Shown: piece by piece, positions 25,115 to 32,000 of the stretch
Layout of the letters: every line of letters starts with the position of its first letter
How positions within the stretch are numbered: the first letter of the stretch is position 1
Made by a program: the position numbers and the translations under genes
Source: Sphingomonas phage vB_StuS_MMDA13
DNA: 32,000 bases
Direction: 5' to 3' (one strand)
Sequence record: MN820898.1
The notes under the pieces: generated by a model
Databases searched by the model: none
Told to the model about the DNA's origin: nothing
Seen by the model: the letters and a program-made list of their open reading frames with translations, nothing else

Positions 25115-27631
25115 TTAGGCATCGTTCCCTAGCTCGCCATAATCCGGCAGCTTCAGGATGCGGAATGCACGTCCATGATATGAATACATCTCCACCATCT
25201 TGTCTTGCTTGACCTCCATAATGAAGCCATTCGCAATCATCTGGTGCAGTGTTTCGTCCAGTGCCTTGCTGGCGCCGAACTTGTGCTTGTAGAACGACGA
25301 CACACGCGCAACGCGGGTCTGCAGATAGTTGCGTGGAACGATAGCGCTGTCACGCATAGCGTCCGGAATCTTGTAGGATGCGGGCACGGGCTTGGAGACG
25401 TATTGTTTCATCACGTCAACCATCTTGCGCTCGCGGCTGCTATCGTTGAGCCCAACGTCACCGCCCTCAAGCCGCTTCTTCATAATACCAATGTCTGACA
25501 TAATGAGGTCAATGGCCCATTTGGCGTGCTCCACCTGGATAATGGGATTGCTGAAGTTGTCTCCTACCGCCAGCAACCCTGCCACGCGGAGCGCCTTCAG
25601 CGTTGCGCGGTTCCACATCTGCCTGCGCGATTCGTCTGTGGTAGCGCGGATGTTGTTTGCTGCCTTCGTGCTGAACTCTTGCAGCATCCTGGCAGCGTCT
25701 TCCGTGCGCTTGACGGGCTGGGACTCACCCTTAGCAATGCTGATGTCTGCACTGTTCGCCATGCTGCACAGATACGTCGTAAGCGCGTCATCGGGCCACT
25801 CGATAATGTTTGCATTCTCGTTGGGCCTGTCACCCTCATATTGGATAACAAGGAAGCGCGACAGGAAACCATCCTCCATCATGGACTCGGTCAAGCTGTC
25901 ATAGAACGTCTGTGGCGTGGATTCGCCAACCATGCTATAGGCAACGGATGTCAGCGCTTCGATATTGTTCTCCGTTGCGCTGTATCCAATGCCACCAACG
26001 ATGGAGCGCGGTGCGGACTTCTGATACAGGTTCGTCATCTGCGTGCGCAGTGTGGTCATTGGACCCTCACGCTCGTCTTCGCTGGCGATGCGCTTCATGC
26101 GGCGTCCCCATTCGCCTGACACGTTGACGAACGAATTGTTGTGCGCGCACGCTTTGATAAGCGCCGGACCGGATGCGTATTCAGTGAAGTCCACGAAGTT
26201 CCCAAAGATTGGTGACTTGGACAGACACGCATTGACCACACCGGCGATTCCGTCGTGCAGTGCTTCCTTACCGATTGCTGACCGCGCAACAAGAACGATA
26301 TACAGGTTCAAGCCTGACTTCGGAATGTGCCATGCTTTACCGCAGATCCCTGCCATCAACCCTAGTGCAGCGGTGATGGACACTTCCTTAATGGGCAGGA
26401 AGCTGGAGTTGAAGATATACTGCGCCAAGCTCCCCACGAATCCAGGAGGCCAAGACAGACCAGTCTCCGCAACCTGGATAGCAGCGGGGGTGACGGGTGC
26501 CAGCTGCGCAAGCGCGGCCTCGGCGGGTGCAGGGGTAGCGACAGGCTCGCCTGCGCCGGGCACCTGTAGGGGTGTCACCGTGCGCGGGGGTGCAGCACCA
26601 AAGGGGCCTGCCACCGCTGTAGCCGCTGGCACACCGCCTTGCAGCCGGGCAATTTCCTCTTGCGCTTGTTGACGCACAAAGTCCGCAGCCTGCAACAGCG
26701 CACTCATCTCGACATACGCTTCACGCGCTTGGCGTTCGCGGATAATCTTGAGCGTAAAGTTGAGGTATTTGTCGTCCTTGGTAGCCTTCTCACGCTTGCC
26801 CAGCTTGGACTCACGGAACAACCGCCTGCACTGCGCATTGGATGGGCTGTAGAACGTGAACATGGACATAAGCGACAGGTCAGCTTCGGACTGGGACGGA
26901 TAGCCGAATTCGTCCTCCCGCCAGAAACCATACCACAGCTTCTTGAACTTGTCCCCGTTGCTGGCGTTCATTGCCATCTCAAGGATATACCAGTCGTCTG
27001 CCTCCTCAGGCAGTTCCTCAAGTTGCAGATCCTTGGGCACAGGGCGCATCTGATGCACCATGTTGAGCAACAGTTGCTCGCGGTTCTCAATACCCTTGGT
27101 GACGTAGGCATCACCAGTGGAGATGATAAAGCGCTCCTGGCTGTAGATCTCTACGCCATCGCGCCTATACCCCTTGCCGATATTCCCGCGGACCCAAATG
27201 TGCAGACCCTTGCCGGATTTGGAGCGTTCCGTGTAGCTGTCCATCGTTTGCACGATTGACATATAGCGCTGGAAGTCGTCCGGGCTGGTCCACTTGTCGG
27301 GCGCTTCCGGGTGCGTGGATGCGTCCTTAACGTCTAGGTCGATACACGTGAACGGGTCCGACTCGTTGAGGATATATCCAACGGTGAACCCTGTCTGCGT
27401 GATCGTGACGCCTTGCGGGTTGACCCATGTGGTCACCGTGTCCGCGTTGAGCTCAGCAAGCGCAACCGCTTCTTCGAACGTCATCCACTGCCCAGGCACG
27501 GTGACGGATACGTTGAACAGCTTGCCCTTCGGGTCCAGTGCCATAGGCGCTTTGCTTGCGCCCGCTACTGCCCATTGTGGACGTTCTCGGAGTGCCTCTG
27601 GGAGCCTAGCCCAGTTCGATACCGGCCTCAC
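25115..27631 (-). CDS. Primase (prim-pol N-terminal) / DUF3987-like helicase-type protein
   Basis: LPEALRERPQWAVAGASKAPM, FTCIDLDVKD, SKSGKGLHIWVRG, GVEIYSQERFIISTGDAY; C-terminal DUF3987-like region with VARSAIGKEALHDGI. GTGA overlap with the HTH gene sets the probable start at 27631. Confidence 0.75.
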   Translation of the reverse strand: MRPVSNWARLPEALRERPQWAVAGASKAPMALDPKGKLFNVSVTVPGQWMTFEEAVALAELNADTVTTWVNPQGVTITQTGFTVGYILNESDPFTCIDLDVKDASTHPEAPDKWTSPDDFQRYMSIVQTMDSYTERSKSGKGLHIWVRGNIGKGYRRDGVEIYSQERFIISTGDAYVTKGIENREQLLLNMVHQMRPVPKDLQLEELPEEADDWYILEMAMNASNGDKFKKLWYGFWREDEFGYPSQSEADLSLMSMFTFYSPSNAQCRRLFRESKLGKREKATKDDKYLNFTLKIIRERQAREAYVEMSALLQAADFVRQQAQEEIARLQGGVPAATAVAGPFGAAPPRTVTPLQVPGAGEPVATPAPAEAALAQLAPVTPAAIQVAETGLSWPPGFVGSLAQYIFNSSFLPIKEVSITAALGLMAGICGKAWHIPKSGLNLYIVLVARSAIGKEALHDGIAGVVNACLSKSPIFGNFVDFTEYASGPALIKACAHNNSFVNVSGEWGRRMKRIASEDEREGPMTTLRTQMTNLYQKSAPRSIVGGIGYSATENNIEALTSVAYSMVGESTPQTFYDSLTESMMEDGFLSRFLVIQYEGDRPNENANIIEWPDDALTTYLCSMANSADISIAKGESQPVKRTEDAARMLQEFSTKAANNIRATTDESRRQMWNRATLKALRVAGLLAVGDNFSNPIIQVEHAKWAIDLIMSDIGIMKKRLEGGDVGLNDSSRERKMVDVMKQYVSKPVPASYKIPDAMRDSAIVPRNYLQTRVARVSSFYKHKFGASKALDETLHQMIANGFIMEVKQDKMVEMYSYHGRAFRILKLPDYGELGNDA

Positions 27632-27867
27632 GCGCTTGCACGTCCGGCACGCGCTTGCTTCCAATCTGCCAGGATAGGCAGTAGCGGAGCGCGCTCCCAA
27701 AGTAGGATTTGCGGTTGACCGTTGGGCCGTCGGAGCACAATGGGATCGGGCAAGCGCCCAGACTTTAACGCCAGCAGCACCGTCGTTCGGTGGATTCCCA
27801 GCTCCTGGCAGACTTCCGTGCTGCTGATATAATTTTCATCAAACGTAGCTTGTGCAGACACAGACAA
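27628..27867 (-). CDS. HTH DNA-binding protein (excisionase/AlpA-like)
   Basis: ISSTEVCQELGIHRTTVLLALKSGRLPDPIVLR...LLWERAPLLPILADW. Confidence 0.6.
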   Translation of the reverse strand: MSVSAQATFDENYISSTEVCQELGIHRTTVLLALKSGRLPDPIVLRRPNGQPQILLWERAPLLPILADWKQARAGRASA

Positions 27868-27931
27868 CCCCCAGGCACGATATTGTTCCCGCTAAGCGAC
27901 ACTAGCGCAGCGAGTGCTGACTTCGCAAACG

Positions 27932-28630
27932 CTATTTGTTGATAAGGTAAGAATCCAAGGCGGTCTGCGCTCCGACCAGCACTTTCTCAGCTTCCGTCAC
28001 GTGCGCCCTATCGTCCACAATCGCTTTGGCGCAGGCAGCACGCGCCTCGGCAATAGCAGCATCGCGCCTTGCCTTGTGGTCCCGCTCACGATCGCGCAAC
28101 CATGCCTTGCCCGCTTGGACGTTGTGGGCAGCGTTGCGCAGCGCTGTCACCAAAGCAACCTCTTCAGGGTCGTCGGACTTAGCTTGGCGGTTCTTCTGCC
28201 TGTGTCGCGCAACCCGCTCACGGTTCATGCGCAATTTCCTTTCTTCGTCCGATTCATTGGGGCGAGCAGGGTCAACACCGTTGTTTTCCATCCATGTCAA
28301 GATGGACGCATACTGCTGATCCACACGCGCACCGAATGACATTGCTTGCGCCCCTGCCTGCGTGCGCAGATCACTTACCATCAGCAGCAAGCTAGGCGGG
28401 CGCTGGGCAGCTTTGCGTGGCCAGTTGCTGACCACATTCAGGAAGCGCTCGAAATCCGCTTCAGTAACGAACGTCTCAGGGTTCTGCAATTCAGCAGCAG
28501 GCACACCGCTTGCAATCTGCCAGTGCCCCCATGCGTAGCAGGCCTTCTTGAAGAACTCAAAAGAGATTAGCTCTGGCTCATGGGATGTGATAGCATCCAC
28601 TTCGTAAGGTGCTGGCGGTGGAAGTTGCAT
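27932..28630 (-). CDS. Hypothetical protein with coiled-coil C-terminus (first gene of the leftward block)
   Basis: MQLPPPAPYEVDAITSHEPELISFEFFKKACYAWGHWQ..; upstream in-frame starts exist up to 28789. Confidence 0.55.
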   Translation of the reverse strand: MQLPPPAPYEVDAITSHEPELISFEFFKKACYAWGHWQIASGVPAAELQNPETFVTEADFERFLNVVSNWPRKAAQRPPSLLLMVSDLRTQAGAQAMSFGARVDQQYASILTWMENNGVDPARPNESDEERKLRMNRERVARHRQKNRQAKSDDPEEVALVTALRNAAHNVQAGKAWLRDRERDHKARRDAAIAEARAACAKAIVDDRAHVTEAEKVLVGAQTALDSYLINK

Positions 28631-28707
28631 GGTGCTGCCTTGTCTGATATGCGCGTCGGATAAGCACATGCTTAGCGCGTAGGGGCTGGGAATGCAAGCT
28701 GGAAGGT

Positions 28708-28862
28708 GTAATGACGAAGATAAGGCTTGTAACGGAACATTACTGTAATGCACAGGCATTACACAGATGAGCATTAAATTAACAAACAACGAGGTGGCCT
28801 AATATGGCATTACCCATTACAACGGCGCCGGCTTTTTTGCAAAATGTTACAGTAATGTAATG
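28708..28862. repeat. Cluster of CATTAC/GTAATG hexamers
   Basis: Copies at 28708(-), 28738(+), 28745(-), 28757(+), 28808(+), 28815(+), 28852(-), 28857(-). Confidence 0.75.
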
Positions 28863-29600
28863 CTCCCTATCTCAGAAAAATCATGTTAATGTGTTAATAT
28901 ACACTATAGTGATAGGCCTTAGTTTCTGCTATGCTACGGCCGTTTTATTGAACTATCGATGCTTCATGCAATATCGCCCCTACCATGGATTTCTAGTTGG
29001 AATACATCAGAAAAAATGGCGCAGAAGCCGGGTGGCGGCAAAATGTCGATGTTGCTTTCTGCTTGCGATGCTGTATGCAGGCGCTTATAAGGGGTGCAAT
29101 GCTTCAGAGCATGGGTATAGGTCATCCGGCTGGTTCTGCAGGACCGATGGACGCACCGTCTGGCAAGGGCGGCATAGTGTATCTATTGTTCAGGAGACTG
29201 CCCTCACGGTTGGGGACCAGGCCAGATAATTAACCGTGCGAGAATGTTGAACTAACTCAACAGGTATGTCGTCCAAAAGCCGGCATACTGCGACCGGATG
29301 CTGAGGCGTGTGCTTGCACAATGTAGTAGGCATCCGGGAGCGTCTTCGGACGCAAGGGTCAGTGTGATCAGCTGGTCCTTAGTTGTGGGTCGCATCACAA
29401 CTCGGCGTGTTCACCGAGCGCCGCGAGACTGCATCAGTGTCGACGCTGGTGTGGTCATCGGGACAGTGAGTCCTTTGCTACCTTAGGCGGGTGTATGGTT
29501 CGACCCATCGCCCGCCGATCTTTACCTCTCAACAAGCCGGGGAGGGGGTGGCGCAGGGTCAGTCGGCTCTCGACCGATTTTCGGGTGATCGCGCGGCTTC

Positions 29601-29846
29601 GTTAACCATATCTGTTAGGGTTACGAAGCATCCTTAACGATGCGTTAACCATTGATCGTAGCGATCCGTTAACCATCATCCGACCTGTGGTCGATGTGCG
29701 ACACTGTTGCATCCATGTGACAGTATAGCGCACCCCGCGCCATATCGCAATTCATCAGGCGTTAACCTTAATTCTTAGGGTTAACGGATGCATCGATTTT
29801 GTTAACCTTAACGAATATGGTTAACCGGGCCGAACGATTCGTTAAC
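29601..29846. repeat. GTTAAC repeat array, partly helically phased
   Basis: GTTAAC at 29601, 29644, 29668, 29761, 29780, 29801, 29820, 29841. Confidence 0.8.
29722..29750 (-). promoter_or_regulatory. Candidate leftward sigma70-like promoter
   Basis: - strand TTGCGA-N17-TATACT. Confidence 0.55.
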
Positions 29847-29956
29847 TACGAATTCCACTTGACTTATGCGTCCGCTGGGCACACGCGCCTGCGCACCCGC
29901 ACGCCCGCAGCATATATCGCCGCGCAAAATAAATCGCACATCGGGCGGATTTGTTA

Positions 29957-29985
29957 TTGATTTGGTAACTTCTTGGGCATATACT
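29957..29985 (+). promoter_or_regulatory. Candidate rightward early promoter
   Basis: TTGATT-N17-TATACT, 25 nt upstream of the 30011 start codon, which is preceded by AAGGAAGGAG. Confidence 0.65.
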
Positions 29986-30010
29986 GGATGCACAAGGAAG
30001 GAGATGCAAC

Positions 30011-30193
30011 ATGCTTACATCGATTCTAGTTGGAGTTGCAGTGTTCGCCGCTCAGGTGGCGCTGTATCGTGTGGTCACCAAGAAGCTGGCACTGCGCAAA
30101 GCGTATCGTAACCGCCTTGCGTCCATCCGCAGCATGGAGCACGCGCCGCGCGTTGCACCCATGCGCTTCGTCAACCGTCCCGGGGAGAACTGA
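30011..30193 (+). CDS. Small membrane-type protein (60 aa)
   Basis: Strong RBS and promoter; MLTSILVGVAVFAAQVALYRVV N-terminal helix. Confidence 0.65.
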   Translation: MLTSILVGVAVFAAQVALYRVVTKKLALRKAYRNRLASIRSMEHAPRVAPMRFVNRPGEN

Positions 30194-30194
30194 G

Positions 30195-30329
30195 ATGCTG
30201 TATAGCGAAGCCGCTTACTTCGACAGGAACCATTGCGCACACTGCGCAGCCCGCGACGAACATATGCGTTTGCAGCGCAAGCGCATCGAAGCAATCCGGT
30301 CGCTCGACCGCCGCACGAGCAGGAGGTAA
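30195..30329 (+). CDS. 44-aa CxxC protein, missed by the ORF track
   Basis: MLYSEAAYFDRNHCAHCAARDEHMRLQRKRIEAIRSLDRRTSRR; GGAG 9-10 nt upstream. Confidence 0.5.
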   Translation: MLYSEAAYFDRNHCAHCAARDEHMRLQRKRIEAIRSLDRRTSRR

Positions 30330-30333
30330 TCCA

Positions 30334-30582
30334 ATGCCACGTCAAGAAAGCGCATACCCTCGCGTTCGTCAAGCTCTTGCCGACTTGCGCGACGCAAACG
30401 CGGATACGCCTAAGCTGTTCAGCGTATGGCATACCGCTAAGCGCGTTGCGGAGAAGGCGGGGTGCAGCGAGTCGACTGCTCGGAAATACTGCGAGCAGCT
30501 TGCGCGCTGCCGGGGTTACGCACGCCACCGCTTTGCTGGCGGCACCTATGGTTATCGTAAGCTGGAGGATTGGGCACAATGA
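30334..30582 (+). CDS. Putative HTH DNA-binding protein (82 aa)
   Basis: TAKRVAEKAGCSESTARKYCEQLARC...GTYGYRKLEDW; AGGAGG upstream of start. Confidence 0.55.
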   Translation: MPRQESAYPRVRQALADLRDANADTPKLFSVWHTAKRVAEKAGCSESTARKYCEQLARCRGYARHRFAGGTYGYRKLEDWAQ

Positions 30583-30791
30583 AGACGCATAAGGAATTTA
30601 TCGGAACTCGGGTGGAAATCCCGGTCCATTACGACCTGTGGATGCGCGGAGCGCGCTTCGGAACAGTTACCGGCTTCCGCTATGGGAAGGACGGCATCAG
30701 CGATAGCTTGCTTGTCAAGATGGACCATCCACAAGTCAAGCGCCGCTTGCGCGTGTGGAAACAGGATTGGCCATTCCTTAAGATCTGTTAA
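30579..30791 (+). CDS. Hypothetical protein (70 aa)
   Basis: ATGA overlap with the HTH gene; MKTHKEFIGTRVEIPVHYDLWMRGARFGTVTGFR.. KOW/SH3-like pattern. Confidence 0.5.
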   Translation: MKTHKEFIGTRVEIPVHYDLWMRGARFGTVTGFRYGKDGISDSLLVKMDHPQVKRRLRVWKQDWPFLKIC

Positions 30792-30916
30792 CCAACAAAA
30801 TGCGATTGGGGCGCAAAAAGATGCAAATATCGCTTGCACCCCGTCAATTCCTAGTCCATACCAATAATGTGAAGCGGGGCACTAGCGCACCCGCACACAA
30901 GCAAAGGAAGACTCAA

Positions 30917-31417
30917 ATGACCAAGAACGAAATCAAAGCCGCTCTGGACCTCGCTGGCGTTGCGTATGCCAAGAAGGCGAACCTCGAAACCTTAATGAAC
31001 CTGTATGCGGAGCATGTCGCGTCCGTTGCTACGGTCACCGACCACGGCACGGGGTTCCTGGATGCTACGGACCCGACCATGCCTATGGGCGAGAACGGTA
31101 ACGAGCTTGTCGATGTGCTGCCCACCGAGGAAGCTGCTACCCCTGCTCCGGAGGCGCCCGAAGCTGCTACCCCTGCGGGCACCGGCCTCAAGATTGAAAA
31201 GGACCGGCCGGAGCAGAACGGGGTGAAGCGCCCCAGCATTGGAGGCAAGTGCCGCGCTATCTGGGACGCCCTGGACGCATACCGCGCAGAGACCGGCGAG
31301 CTTCCGACGAGCAAGACCGTTAAGGAGCTGGCGGCCGACGAAGGCTGGAACCCGAACAATGCGTCGATCGAATACTACCAGTGGCGCAAGTTCAACGGTA
31401 TCGCTAAGGCCAAGTAA
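30917..31417 (+). CDS. Protein with conserved C-terminal 'PEQNG..RP' domain
   Basis: AAAGGAAG RBS; RPEQNGVKRPSIGGKCRAIWDALDAYRAETGELPTSKTVKELAADEGWNPNNASIEYYQWRKFNGI. Confidence 0.6.
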   Translation: MTKNEIKAALDLAGVAYAKKANLETLMNLYAEHVASVATVTDHGTGFLDATDPTMPMGENGNELVDVLPTEEAATPAPEAPEAATPAGTGLKIEKDRPEQNGVKRPSIGGKCRAIWDALDAYRAETGELPTSKTVKELAADEGWNPNNASIEYYQWRKFNGIAKAK

Positions 31418-31438
31418 GCCCTAGCGATACCCCCGATA

Positions 31439-31471
31439 TAAGCACCCCCTGCCTAGCGTAGGGGGTGCTTA
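31439..31471 (+). terminator. Strong hairpin terminator-like element
   Basis: 12-bp perfect stem taagcaccccct / agggggtgctta, 9-nt loop, 21 nt past the stop codon; no clear U-tract. Confidence 0.55.
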
Positions 31472-31706
31472 GTCGTATGTGTCATATGGATGACGATGTG
31501 TATCCATATCGCACTGCACGCGCCCCACAGCGCACGCAACACCACGATGGAGATGCGAAGTCGATCGATGCTCGATGCGATCGGGGGTCGGGGTAGGATG
31601 GGATTTTCCTCGAATCGCCCTCGCATCCCCATAATTTTTACCCGGCCCCCATTTTCGGAAAACATCTAAATCCTCTACTTCTTCTACTGCATCCTATAAT
31701 AGAGCT

Positions 31707-31735
31707 TGTAACGCACACCCCGCCCCGCTATACCG
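31707..31735 (+). promoter_or_regulatory. Candidate promoter
   Basis: TTGTAA-N17-TATACC upstream of the small ORF at 31770. Confidence 0.5.
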
Positions 31736-31769
31736 TTAGCAGCATCTGCTTACAGAAAGGTTCAGATAA

Positions 31770-31934
31770 GTGTCCGTCCAAGAGTTAATTCGGTTGCTCA
31801 GTGACCTTCCTCCCGACGCTCAGGTGCTGCGCATGGGAGGCGAGTATAACGGTGACGAGCGTCGGGTTGTTCACGTGGCGTATCGCAAGGATGGCGGTCT
31901 CGGTGTGCAACCGAACACCGTCCTAATCAGCTAG
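31770..31934 (+). CDS. Small 54-aa hypothetical protein with GTG start
   Basis: VSVQELIRLLSDLPPDAQVLRMGGEYNGDERRVVHVAYRKDGGLGVQPNTVLIS; downstream of the candidate promoter. Confidence 0.45.
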   Translation: MSVQELIRLLSDLPPDAQVLRMGGEYNGDERRVVHVAYRKDGGLGVQPNTVLIS

Positions 31935-32000
31935 ATATTGTGGTCAAACAGGAGTTTCTTATGCCCGAATCGATATCCATGGACCGCCGGTCGGAATTCA

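Noticed and set aside
28891-29233. 112-aa and 78-aa overlapping + strand ORFs in the control region
   Set aside because: No RBS, implausible composition and mutually overlapping; region better explained as non-coding.
29486-29516. tRNA gene suggested by GGTTCGACCC
   Set aside because: No D-arm/anticodon arm and no 3' acceptor complement at proper distance; kept only as a hairpin observation.
1-32000. CRISPR arrays, rRNA, transposases, integrase
   Set aside because: No direct-repeat/spacer pattern, rRNA-like sequence or DDE/tyrosine recombinase motif was seen in any supplied ORF.

Overview
The window reads as a segment of a tailed, high-GC, dsDNA phage, plausibly from an alphaproteobacterial-type host (host is inference). 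Layout: (1) a left block on the + strand (1-6392) of tail/host-contact genes; (2) a bidirectional hairpin at 6417-6473; (3) a long, tightly packed - strand block (28630 down to 6497) with replication, recombination and DNA-modification genes: HTH protein, primase/DUF3987-type protein, MazG-like, RNase H, ATP-dependent DNA ligase, Sak4-like ATPase, DUF669-type protein with a Pro/Ala-rich tail, PD-(D/E)XK nuclease, SF2 helicase, a 7-deazaguanine cluster, DnaN-like clamp, zinc ribbon, family B DNA polymerase; (4) a ~1.4 kb apparently non-coding control region (28631-30010); (5) rightward small early-type genes. The main point of interest is the translationally coupled 7-deazaguanine DNA-modification operon queE-queC-(YdjM-like membrane protein)-(QueF/QueF-L-like)-queD-[PRTase::folE]-dpdA-like. 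Three oddities stand out: an XGPRT-like phosphoribosyltransferase domain fused to FolE, which suggests recycling of the guanine released by DNA transglycosylation; a QueC that has lost all four Cys ligands; and a divergent QueF-like T-fold protein that keeps the Cys/Asp pair but lacks the NADPH-binding motif, suggesting a QueF-L-type, archaeosine-like modification. The control region holds 8 copies of CATTAC/GTAATG in 155 bp and 8 copies of GTTAAC in 246 bp, five of them in a 19/21/19/21 bp phased array. All family calls come from reading motifs; no database search was run.
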